Shown: positions 1 to 11,086 of the stretch, piece by piece
Numbering within the stretch: position 1 is the stretch's first letter
Layout: each line of letters starts with the position of its first letter
Source: Tricharina praecox
Taxonomy: Eukaryota
NCBI RefSeq assembly: GCF_024521635.1
Contig: NW_026250404.1
Location: 1,426,001 to 1,490,000, forward strand
Direction: 5' to 3'
Length of the DNA stretch: 64,000 nucleotides
Translations under genes and position numbers: made by a program
Notes under the pieces: model-generated
What the model was told of the DNA's origin: nothing
What the model saw: only the letters and a program-made list of their open reading frames with translations
Database searches by the model: none

Positions 1-2
1 GT

Positions 3-197
3 TTCCACGAGATCCGTCGGCGCGCGCCGTGGCCCGAGCAGGAGGGCGAGAAGGATAAGAGCAAGATCGGACCCGAGTCTGTTCGCTTCCAGGCCTTGAG
101 GGTGGGGTACTTCGCGATGGATAGAGATACCGTCGATGATAAGATCGTGCTCAACCGGATTGTTACGCTGAAGGAGGACGCCGGGAAGAATGCGTAG
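3..197 (+). CDS. GLN4: Glutaminyl-tRNA synthetase, C-terminal fragment (gene begins before the window)
   Basis: Frame from nt 3 reads [11 protein letters not shown]...[43 protein letters not shown] at 195-197. This matches the fungal GlnRS C-terminus (RFQAxRVGYF...LNRIVxLK). Not in the ORF track. Confidence 0.9.
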   Translation, partial: FHEIRRRAPWPEQEGEKDKSKIGPESVRFQALRVGYFAMDRDTVDDKIVLNRIVTLKEDAGKNA

Positions 198-1233
198 GTG
201 CGGATGATGGTGTGCTAGTAGATCGATTTCCTACTTTCTTCTCTGCTTAGTGTTTTGTGGGTTGGGAGCGGGTTTGGTTGTGTGCTCGGTATAGATTGCA
301 AACGTGAAACATTGGTGTAACGGTTCCCGTGTCGGCAAATCCCGAGTGATATCGAGTGTTTGTCACGTGCCTGTCCTCCTCTGCCCAGGTCCGCCCAAAC
401 TTCAAAAAAGACGCGTTTCTTTTTCCAGGCCCGTTTCTTTATTCAATGATGACGGTCTGCATTTCACCACCGTCAGGCTTTGCATTTACATCTTCCTTCG
501 TGGATCTCTTTTTTTCGCCGCAAAGACTTTGAAGTGCTGTACTCTAGGTGCTGCGCGTTGAATGGCTGTCTGCCCTGCCACCGGCACTGCACATAAGCAT
601 GCGTGGCAGAGCTTTTGCGTCCGTCCGTTCGCTTTGCTTATGCTGATAAATTTCAAAAACTGGACTGGACCTGTCTTGACTCACCAACGGCCAACTTTTA
701 ACCTTCCCCCCCAAACCTACAACGCATCACCCACCTCCACCTCCACCTCCACAACCTCCACCTCCACCACCTCCATCACCCCCACCCACACGACTACCAA
801 CTACGGCCTCATCCTTTCAACTCCACGAAACTGCGAACTGCAAAGACGAGATAACGACTGGGAAAACCGCGTATTGTCACCGCTGCTCATATCCGCCCGC
901 CGCCACCCCTTTCTCGGTCGAAACATAGCCTCTCTCTTAACGATCCGCCACGAAACGAATCGGAACAGAGTAAAGGAAGCTTGCTCGCTGCAACGGTTGG
1001 AAGGGGGGATAGTATCGTAGTCGGTCGTCGTCGTAGGGTAGAGGAGTGGTAGGGTAGTGAGATCGGTTCGTAGGATTTAGAAGCAGAAACTTCGAGGAAG
1101 GGGAAAGAAAAGGGGAAAGGCCAAAAAAAAGAAAAGACGAGCCCTCTCGCCTCCGCTTCCGCCTCGCCGCATCTTCACTCGGGCTTCCTTCTGCCCCGTA
1201 GGCGCAGACCTACATACCATACACGCAGCAAAG

Positions 1234-2392
1234 ATGGCGACAGCCGCACCCGCGCAACCACCGTCCAAAGCCTGGGAGGCGAACCACAACGTCCAGGTGA
1301 TGTGCCCGGACTGCCGGGAGATGCCAGCGAACCTAGTCGAGGAGTTCAGCAGCGGCGACATGGTGTGCGGATCGTGCGGGCTAGTCCTGGGCGACCGCAT
1401 CGTCGACACGCGCTCCGAATGGCGAACCTTCAGTAACGACGACCAGGGCAACGACGACCCGTCCCGTGTCGGTGACGGCGCGAATCCGTTCCTCAATGGC
1501 TCGCAGCTGGAGACGTCGATCTCTTATACGCCCGGCGGCGCAGGGCGGGATCTCCATCGCGCACAGAGCAAGGCCACCGCCCAGAAAAATAATAATAAGA
1601 CCCTCCTCGCCGCGTATAAGGAGATCGGGGCGTTCTGCGATTCCATGGGGCTCTTGAAGAACGTTTCCGACTCGGCGAAACAGCTGTTCAAGCGGGTCGA
1701 CGATAACAAGTCGCTGAAAGGAAAGCCGCAGGAGGCCATCATCGCCGGCTGCATCTTCATCGCCTGCAGACAGGAGCGTGTCCCGCGTACCTTCCGCGAG
1801 ATCTTCGCCCTCACCAAAGTGCCCAAGAAGGAGATCGGCCGCGTGTTCAAGCAGCTGGAGAAGGTGTTCAACGAGCAGCAGCGGACCGAGGAGGAGGAGG
1901 CACGAGCGAAGGGCGATGAGCCACCCGTCGTGTCCGCCGCACACTACAAGACCACGTCGAGCACCAAGGCCCACGACCTCATGATTCGGTACTGCAACAA
2001 CCTACACCTGTCGCAGAACTGCACGGCGATCGCGCAGGAGCTCTCGAGCAAGGCGGCGTTCCTGGGTACGCTGGCCGGTCGCTCCCCGATCTCGAGTGCC
2101 GCCGCGTGCATATACCTCGTCAGCTACCTGATGAAACAGCCCAAGTCGGCGAAGGAGATCAGCCAGGTTGCTGGTGTCAGCGATGGTATGCTTTCCCCTG
2201 CTTCCCTCCCTCCCTAATCCCATAATTGCCTCCGAGTGATGGATGAACCGGTGGTTAATCCCGTTTGCTCCTGGGTATTAAGGCACCATCCGCAATGCGT
2301 ACAAACATCTCTACGCCGACCGCCACAAGCTCATCGACCAGCGCTGGCTCGAGGGCGGAAAGGGCGACATCAGCCTTCTGCCGACATCATGA
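1234..2392 (+). CDS. SUA7: Transcription initiation factor TFIIB
   Basis: Zn ribbon CPDC..CGSC, B-reader DTRSEWRTF, and cyclin repeats (ACRQERVPRTFREI; GRSPISSAAACIY). Exons 1234-2185 and 2283-2392; the intron GTATGC..TAAG restores VSDG|TIRNAYK. Confidence 0.97.
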
Positions 2393-3353
2393 GGGCCCCC
2401 CTCTCAGCCCAGTCCAGCCCAGCCCGTCCCGTCTCACGTCCCACGTCCCCGTTGCTGTAGATGTGATTTCTTCCCTTTTCCCTTTTCCCTTTTCCCTTTT
2501 TCTCCTTGGTTCATTCTCGGATATAAAATTGGCACCGGTCTGGTCGGTCGGTTGGGGATTTGCTTTGCTTTTTGCTTTTGCTTTTGCTTCTGCTTTTCTT
2601 TCATTTTTCTTTATTTTTATTCTTTTGTCATCTTGACTTAGGTAAGTACCAGCATGCTTTGTGCTCATGCGCGAGGGAGGGAGGCATGGTTGCTTTGATT
2701 TGCTCTGCTTTGCTTTGCTTTGATGTGTGGATGTTGTACTTCTACCTACCCTTAGAGATGTGGTGGTGGTTGTGGTGGTGGCAGACTGATATTAACTACA
2801 GGAGGATAACTACTACTTAATAGAGGAGGAGGAAGAGGAGGATGGTATGGGCTACCTATTGGCATAGTAAGTATTACCGATAAATTGGTGGTGGGATGGG
2901 AGGGTAGGACGAGAGAGCTGGTTGAGAGTGAGCTGGCTATGATTACTCGATTCGAAATTGATACCCAGACTTGGGATTGAAGTGGTTCCAGGCGGGATGA
3001 TGAAACAAAAAAACAACGGGAGAAGTGTTTCAAGCGTGCTTGAATACTTTTTGCCGAGTGATAGGCGCGGACTGAGTTCGGTGTGGGTGTGTGAGTACCG
3101 TACAAGGTTCACAAGTGACAGCAAACCGCTCATCAATCAAATCAACAAGCCAATCCAGTCATACCATTCCGACTGTAGGTAGTAGTAGGTAGCCTATCAT
3201 ACAAGAAAAACGCTAAAGAAGCCAAAGAAAACGAAAGAAGCCAAAGAAAAAACCAGACCCTCTACGCCCCAGTAAATTATTTATGTGTAAATCATTTCAT
3301 CGAAACGGGGCACATATCAGTCAGTCTACCTCTACCAACCCCCCCAGCACGCT

Positions 3354-6241
3354 TTACACAGCCGCCCACCGACTATTGATCTGCTTCCGCTTGACCATTG
3401 GCGCGACAAACATAGTGCCGATAGTGAGCGCAACGATCGTGAGGACGAGCTGAACCTTTCCGAAGCCCTTGCCCAGAATATCAAAGGGCATGCTAGGGGC
3501 GACGCGGGTACCAAAGAGGTCTCCGCCATAGGCGAAGACGAGACTGGTGGACTCGAGCATGCTGGGGGTGGTGGCGACGTGCGTCAGGCCGAGCATCTTG
3601 CGCTCGTGCGTGAGCACCGCCTTGGGGTCGATATCGATCACGGGCGTGTAGCGGAACAGGCCCTCCTCCTTCTCGGCCGCGTCGGTGTCGCGCCCCACGG
3701 GGCGCCGCGGGTCGAGCACGCGCTTCGGGATCGTGTAGATCTGCGAGGTGCCCGCGAGGAGCGTGAGGACCTCGCGCGAGGTGATGCCCTGCTTGGTCGA
3801 TGTCACGGCGAAGCTTGTCACCGGAGAGGGGAAGATGTAGCTTTGCGAGAGGACGTAGGGCTTGCCGTTGGTGGTGAAGGAGGAGACGTTGGCCGCAGGA
3901 CCGAGTGCGCCGCGGTCGTTCTTGAATTCGCTCTCGTAGAGTTCCGAGACGACGAGCTGGTAGCCCTTTGCGGCGCCGGGTGTGGCGACGACGTCGTTGT
4001 CGCCGAAGAATGTGTACACCAGCCAGTTCTCGGAGACGGTGGCGACGATGGGCTGCGAGGTGTCCGCGCCGGCGTGGGTGGCGGAGTGGAGGATAGAGCC
4101 CGACACGGCGTCGAGGAGGTAGACGGATGCAGTGGAGAGAACCGGGTTGATGGTGGTGATGACCAGGAGATGCTGGTTGAGGTACTTGTACATCACCGAG
4201 CGGTCACCGAGGACGCGGCCGATCGACGCAACGGGGTCGTGGGCGGGACGGGTAGCAAGCGACGTAACCTCCTCCGAAGCCGGCGGGACAAATGTCCAGG
4301 TGGTAACCGGCTGAGACGAGCCCGAAACACGGATACCCTTGACCGCACGGGCCGACTCCTTGATGGACAAGTGCACCGGTTCGAGACCGTAATCGCCGCC
4401 GAGGGGAAGCACAACTGCGTCGTTGTTGTCGAGGAGTGCAACGACAGCCTTAGCCTTCGTTGGGGTGTCAAACAAGGCTGTAGCCTTAACAGTAGCCGCA
4501 AGCTTGTCGTGATGTAACAAGGTGCCCTCGAAGGCGTCGTACTCAACATAGTCGCCGCCAGTAGTGACCACACCCACTGTTCCCTTACGAACTTCGTAGA
4601 TGCCCAAGACTCCCTGGAACCTGACCTCAGGAGAAGCCAGTAAAGCCTCCCAAACGACTTCACCGCCCTTGCCAACATCAATAGCCGCGAGACCGCCTTC
4701 TGCAGTGACGACGATAGCAAACTTCCTGAACCCGAAAAAGTCCCTCCACTTGCCAGTGTGCTCGGTGTCCACAGTCTCGGCAGTCAAGAAAGCGTTATAG
4801 ATCCTGTGCGGAAGTGCCTGCAGCCAGTCGGGGCCGTACAGGACAAGCTCATTAAGATGTCTCTTCACGCGGTGGACGTAGGCAGCGGCAATGTTGGTGT
4901 GGGTCTCGACCTTGAGCTCGTCGACGATTTCCTCGGAAGCCTGGTCCAACAACTCGACCCAGGTCGAAGCAACAATGGACGACAGCGACTCCTTACGGCT
5001 CCACGCAACCTCACCGTTCCTGATCAGGTGCGAATCACCAACAAATCCAGGAGCAGTTGAAGAGACGAATGTGCGCATAGCGTAGGAGGCCCCGTCCGGG
5101 CGCGGAGCAACCTCCGAGATCCCAAAGGCCGCGTTGATCGTCTGGTTGGGAATGACATATGTGGCCAGCACCTCGGGCTGCCTGGTGTCGTAGAGAATGG
5201 TCTCGCCGGGAAGGTTCCAGACGAGGTATGTCAAGTCGCCGGAGGTACTGAGCGAAGAAGCGCTGTGGGCACCGATCCGGGGGAAGAGCGCATAGAGCTT
5301 GCTCACTTCTTGCGTCGCGGCGTTGACATGGTAGAGATCAATCCACGAGTCGCCGTGCGTCTTGAAGTGTACTGCGATCTTGTCGGTGAGAGCGTACAAA
5401 GATGTCTCCCGGACATCATTTGGGATCTCGACGGCGATCGGGGAAACTTTGCGGCCCCAGGGCGCAAACTTGAGGGTCCGTCCTGAGTTCTCGGTCCAGC
5501 TCAAAATGCCATCACCGTGGAGCACCTGGTGCTTCGAGGGAATGTCCACGTGTGCAGCAATCGACGATGGCGACGACGCTTGTCCAGTAGCGAGAGCGAT
5601 AGTAGTCAGGTGGAGTTGCTTCGCAGCGTGCGACGAGGCCACGATAACCTCCGAGTTTGTAACGTGGATCGAGACGGGAGTATCCTTGCTGCAACGCCGT
5701 CAGTTCCCGTCGTCAAGCCAGACACCAAAAATCGACAAAAGGCATACCTGTCCAGACCTCTCCACTCCCAAGCCACGTCTCCCGTTTTCTCGGCAAGCAA
5801 CCTGACAGCACCATCCTCAAACAGCGCCGCAACGGCATTACCAGCAGTGACCCCCAGATCGACAACTTTGCTCGCAAACTCATTGTCCCAGACCAACCGC
5901 CCACTGCCAGCGTCAAAGCTGGAGACGCCATTTCCCGTAGCCGAAACGACGACGCCGTTTCCACCACGTGCGAGGCCATTCCCGCCGGCCACATCGGCCA
6001 GCTGCTGGCGCCACACCAGCTCCCCATCCTTCGGGTTGAGCGCGGCCAGGACGGACCGTGTGGTGAGCGTGTAGATCAGCGAAGCTCTGGACTCGGCATC
6101 TGGGCGGTGGAAGAAGGTTGCCGAAGCGATTGACGGGCCGATGAGTGGGATGTGCCAGTCGGTGGTATACGCATCATCCTTATAGACGGCAAGGACGGAT
6201 ACCGCGTTGAAAAGGAGCAGTACGCCCGCGAAGAAACGCAT
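3354..6241 (-). CDS. EMC1: ER membrane protein complex subunit 1
   Basis: Signal peptide MRFFAGVLLLFNAVSVLA, PQQ-like propeller N-terminus, C-terminal motifs IGRVLGDRSVMYKYLN, LDPRRP, LESTSLVFAYGGDLF, and one terminal TM helix. Intron 5689-5747 (GTATGC..CTGAC..CAG) joins two ORFs. Confidence 0.96.
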
Positions 6242-6707
6242 GTTAAGGCGTGGATTTCGGGGATCGGAGGTGTGTGTCGGGGTTGAGACAGACGTGGAAC
6301 TTTGAGGTTGAGTTACTACTTGAGTTGATACATACTGCGAGCCGCAGCGCCAAGACTGTCAGCAGTTGCGAACTGTCAACAGTGGATCTCAAAGATGCGG
6401 ATACTGGCCCTGTCTCTCTTCCCGCCGTTCTCTTTGGCGGTATAATCCGGGAGACCTCTGGAAAACATATTTATTTATCTTTGATGATTCGAATGAATTG
6501 AATTGATATGAGTTTATAGCATCGCCACTGGCGGTCACTCGCTTTGATATCCGGACGGAGGAGAATTGTATTCATTTCTAAAGTGAATTGCCTCAAGAAA
6601 AAGAAAAACTCCAACGTATCGAACGAACGAAATGTGTATCATAACCAAAATTACCCAGACCCAGACTCCAAACCCGAATGCCCAAAACCAGCCCTAAATC
6701 CTGCTTC

Positions 6708-8996
6708 CTAACTCTTGATAGGATGCAACAACATCGCTTTCAAACACATCCTGCCACCCCTCTCGAGCCGATCAATCTCGCCTTCCTTCCCTTTACTCCC
6801 CGTCACCCACGCCTTATACAGCTCAGCGGGGAAGTGGGCGTTATAATACCACGTCCCGCCCCGGAAGTTATGCTCCCTCTTCCCAAAGACGCTTTCCTTG
6901 CGGCCGCCTGTGAAGCCATCGACGCCGTCGTTAAACATCTTCTCCATGAAGCCTACAGGCCACCGGCGGTCCATATAGACCGGATGTGGCGCAAAGACCG
7001 CCTTCAGCCCGTGATGCAGCGCTGCGGTGGCAGGAAACATCTCCGAGAACATGGCGCGCCCGTTCTCGACATTCTCCTTGTGCATGGCGGTCAGTAGCCG
7101 GCGAGAGAGCCGCGATGCAGTGATGATTGCGGCCCTGCGCGGCGGGTCGGCTGGGTATCCGGTCGTGTCGTCGCGGAGGATCCACGTGGTCCCGTGTGGG
7201 TCGAATAGAGGGTTGAAGGTGATCAGGTCCGCGGGCTCTCCCTCGCCCATTGGGGGATTGGGGAGTATGGGTGTTACACCCTCGACTGGCACAGGGCCGA
7301 AGATGGTGTTGTTGGTGATTGCAGCGGTCGAGGCAACGAACTCATCCCAGTCGCCGTGGACGGCTGGGACGTAGAAGCGGGAGTTTCTTTCCCACAGCCC
7401 GCGTCGCGGCTGCTTCTCTGTCCAGAGGTCGAGCTGCGAGAAGAGGTGGTACCAGTGGCCCGTGTAGCGGATATCCATCTCCCAGTTCCAGACAAAGTCA
7501 TACTGCGAATGCCGCTGCGAAAACCACTGTACCGGCATGAAAGTGCTACGGTACACACCATGCTGCGGCAATCGTAGGAACCCCTTGTCATCCGGAAGGG
7601 TGGCCCCTCTCCAGTTCGCAGATGTGTCCGGGACACGGGCGTAGATTTGCTCCATGAGCGGCTCGTTCCATAGTTCAGTCAGGTTCCAGAACTCCCTCGG
7701 CAGTCCTGACTTGGTCAGAGTCTCCCGATATACGTTCGGATCGTCCCAAATCTCCAATCGCTTGTTCCGCACATGCAGCAGGATGTGGACTGTGTATTCG
7801 CCTCCGGAAAGGAGCGAAAGCTCGCTGATGAGGGACCGGAGATTCGCGACGTCGTTCAGCGTGTATTTATATCCGGTATATGTCCGAAGTAGGACGGCAT
7901 TGCGTGGAAGCTTCTTCTTCTTCTTCTTCTTCTTCTTCTTCTGCTTCCCATCCCTCTTCCGGTTCTGAGGCTTCAACTCTATTGTCAGCTTTCCGCCCTC
8001 TTTCGCATCCTTGAATCGGGCTTTGTTAAGTTCTCCGCATTCATCCTGCAGCATCCTCCAATCGACGCCCCTCCAATCGACCTTCCTTAGCGGAAACCCT
8101 CCCACTCCATGCGCCGTCTCGACCGTCTTCTCTCTTTCCCCGCCATTGAACACCGCGACGCCGAGCCCACCCTCGTCGGGCATATACCCATAGCCATAGC
8201 TCCCCAGCCGTCCATATCGATCAAAACACACATCGCTCTGCAGCCCCAGCACCTGATGCGACCCAAACGCCGGCTCGGGCATCCCCTCAGGCACGCCCTC
8301 GAACACCCGGACCTCGGGCCGTGCCCGCCCCTCGCCAAACGAGCACTGCACATACGCCCCCTCCCACACCTCCTGATAACTCTTCGACTCATACGCCGGA
8401 TACGGCTCAAACACCCTACTCTTCTTCGTGGCGGCCAGCTCTCCCCTGCCTCCTCCTCCCTCCCCACCATCCCCCCCACCTCCCCCTCCACCTATCCCCC
8501 CCCTCCTTGGAGGAAACTCGGGTACATTCCACTTATCCATGACCTGGGTATAAAGTCCGGCATAGTACTTCTTCAGCTTCGGAAAGCGGCGCCAGAGGCG
8601 CTCTTCGCCGGCAAACAGCTTGTTGTTCGCCTCCAGCAGCCGCGACGACGCGCCCGTCATGTGGTACAGCGACGTGCCGACTACGAGCACGGTGCTGATG
8701 AAGAGTAAAACTAGGATCAGGGAGAAGCGCGTGAAGATTATGTGGTGGGTCCGCGCGAGGAGGGAAGTGAGGAGGGGGGGGAGGCGTGATGGCCGCGGGG
8801 GACGTCGATGGGGACGGTGGGTGGACGAGGACGAGGAGGTGGTGGAGGTGGTGGAGGTGGTGGATGAGACTGAGGCATTGTGCATGTGTCGTGGGGTATG
8901 GATGAGTGGTTTCTCGGATTGTGGGAGCGACGAGGAGTCCCCGGATGGCGGGTGTCGTGCGTGTAGGCTGTCTTCGAGGGACGCCCACCAGCTCAT
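6708..8996 (-). CDS. DUF3405-family type II membrane protein
   Basis: 762-aa ORF with a single N-terminal TM (FSLILVLLFISTVLVVG) and motifs CFDRYGRLGSYGYGY, LRSLISELSL, FVWNWEMDIRYTGHWY, QPRRGLWERNSRFY, MLLHPIK, typical of fungal DUF3405. Confidence 0.85.
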   Translation of the reverse strand: MSWWASLEDSLHARHPPSGDSSSLPQSEKPLIHTPRHMHNASVSSTTSTTSTTSSSSSTHRPHRRPPRPSRLPPLLTSLLARTHHIIFTRFSLILVLLFISTVLVVGTSLYHMTGASSRLLEANNKLFAGEERLWRRFPKLKKYYAGLYTQVMDKWNVPEFPPRRGGIGGGGGGGDGGEGGGGRGELAATKKSRVFEPYPAYESKSYQEVWEGAYVQCSFGEGRARPEVRVFEGVPEGMPEPAFGSHQVLGLQSDVCFDRYGRLGSYGYGYMPDEGGLGVAVFNGGEREKTVETAHGVGGFPLRKVDWRGVDWRMLQDECGELNKARFKDAKEGGKLTIELKPQNRKRDGKQKKKKKKKKKKLPRNAVLLRTYTGYKYTLNDVANLRSLISELSLLSGGEYTVHILLHVRNKRLEIWDDPNVYRETLTKSGLPREFWNLTELWNEPLMEQIYARVPDTSANWRGATLPDDKGFLRLPQHGVYRSTFMPVQWFSQRHSQYDFVWNWEMDIRYTGHWYHLFSQLDLWTEKQPRRGLWERNSRFYVPAVHGDWDEFVASTAAITNNTIFGPVPVEGVTPILPNPPMGEGEPADLITFNPLFDPHGTTWILRDDTTGYPADPPRRAAIITASRLSRRLLTAMHKENVENGRAMFSEMFPATAALHHGLKAVFAPHPVYMDRRWPVGFMEKMFNDGVDGFTGGRKESVFGKREHNFRGGTWYYNAHFPAELYKAWVTGSKGKEGEIDRLERGGRMCLKAMLLHPIKS
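7911..7941. repeat. (CTT)~10 microsatellite encoding a poly-Lys tract in the DUF3405 protein
   Basis: Perfect triplet run; the minus strand reads KQKKKKKKKKKL. Confidence 0.9.
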
Positions 8997-11086
8997 GGCG
9001 ACGCTGGTGTAATCAGATCGATTGAGCTACTGCTGGAGCTGTCAGTAGCTGTGCACCGGCGGCCTTGATAGTAGAAGTGATACTCACTGGTATGTAGGTG
9101 TCGTCCGGTATAGTAGATGGTGTTTATGCTCGAAAGATCCGTGAGGCGCGTGGACTCGCAGCTGTCATGAGATCGTTTGTTTTGTAGCGCCCTCGCCGTT
9201 GTCGCCCACCCACCAGTAACTCTTCGACTTCCTGGTTGTAGATCGCGGTTTACAACTTGCCCTTTCGGGATTAGCGGTACAGAGCTGTCGAATCAGCGGT
9301 TCGCAGGCAGAGCGCCCACAGTCTCCTCTTCTGCTTCGTATCAAAACATAATGTTTCATTCAACCCGATGCGAAGCTGCAGCTGCCCATCGATATTATCG
9401 AGGAGATTCGAGGTATCATAGCTCTATCACCAAGACCGGAGTTAACATATCCACAGAAAGCTTGATTTATCCCCCCTGCAATCGACGATATTCACAGCGA
9501 AGTCTTCTCGAAGGTAGCAAGTGCAATAGTATAAGGCAAGTCAACTGTGCTTCAGGTGATACGTTATACAACTGATATGGACTCGACTGTAGGGTAGGTG
9601 CGCACACCGTGGTGTAATCCGAAGGCCGCAGAATACTAGAGTCGATCATGGAGCTTTCCCAGTCTGCTGGATACGGATGGCTAGCGATCTGAGAAGGTCA
9701 ATCGTCGCAGGGCGAAGGGTAAGAAGCTACACAGAGCTCGCGGATGAGCTCAAGGATAACTATGGCGGACTATACCGAGCTTGGGGTTGAAAGCGATCGA
9801 TCCGTTGAGTTCCTCAGCTGTTGTCCTGTTTCATCACTCGTCATGAATTCGCGGAAAGCACATGCACGCCGGTGTCTTGAATGAAAGGACTGAATTTCGG
9901 CCATTCCGGCCAGCAAAGAATGCCCTACCTATCCAAAGTACCCTCGGTCCGCTGTGCTTCTGCATACCAGGCAGTTACATGGTACCGTGGCCTGTGTCGC
10001 CTCGGAAGCGGCGATTCGGGAATTCGCACTCGGAGTCGCACAGCCACGGCGGCAATACCTAATCCTGCTTTTTGCCTCTTGCTCGCCGACACGGTAGGTA
10101 GCGTACGTCACGGTCACCCCCGCGCGGGTCTTCGGTATCTGTCGAGTACCGGTATGTACTACTACGGTATGTAGAGTACTTTACGATTCCTCGTAGGGCT
10201 GTCTCCCTCGTAGGTATTTTTCTGTGGAAGGCAGTCCAGCGTGCCCGTGAAGAACAAGTTGCCTCGGCGTTTATGGCATCTACATATGGGCATCGATATG
10301 TAGGTACGGCTTGCCGCTTCAGCGTGCAGATTCCTGTCTGGGCATATATATACTCTATGCACCGTCCAGACGGGTACGTTTATGTAGGGCTATGTATGTA
10401 CCAGGCAGGCAGGTACAAAGGCCTGTATGTAGAGCACTCTATTCTACAGAGATCCCCAGCAGGCACAGGCACAGGCTCCGAGAAGAAGAGCTTTGCATGT
10501 GCTCGGAGTATTCCGCAGTTTCGTGTGTATGTAGCACGGCGACGACGGCGACGAGGAGGGGCGCACAAAAGGAAAATGAATTATCGGAGGACCGGGTGCC
10601 GTGCTTCTTCTGCTGACGACCGGAATCGACGAATGGCGGACGCTTGCTCTCTCACGGGCTGGCTAACTACTGCGGAGGAGGAGGGAGGGCGAAAGTGTTG
10701 AGTTCTGTCGCGTGTCGGTTGGTTAGTGTGTCCCCGAGAAAAATGTCAAGCTGGATTCTTGGCGGAGGGACTGGGTGGTGGTGGGCGAGAACGAGAAGTG
10801 CAACATGATGTTCGTCGAATGGGTGTTAGTACTTCTACATCTGCTGCTCCCGCTGTTGCTATGTATATACCTCATCTGCTGCTTGCTTGCTTCTCAACAA
10901 CTTCATCCATACCTCATTACCCCATGCCGCGCTCTGTCTCTGCTAGGTAGATAGCATTTGTCCATACGTTGACTAAACCGGTCCCTCCCCCACTACGAAC
11001 CCAATCCACTACACTCAACCTACACCTACACCTAACTACACCTCCAACTACAACTACAACTACCACTTCACCTGCTAGGTATCTCC

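Noticed and set aside
562..1020. 152-aa ORF upstream of TFIIB
   Set aside because: Largely (CCACCT)n/ACC-rich leader sequence with no domain; better explained as promoter/5' UTR.
3579..4517. Long antisense ORFs over EMC1 (and similar ones over GPD1, DED1, UTP15, GDB1, ARO3)
   Set aside because: Shadow ORFs caused by high GC3 codon bias on the coding strand.
10861..11078. Possible upstream coding exon for GPD1 (MYIPHLL..SAR, AG|GTAGAT..CTAG)
   Set aside because: Splicing would join it out of frame with GPD1 and the donor is weak; unsupported without RNA data.
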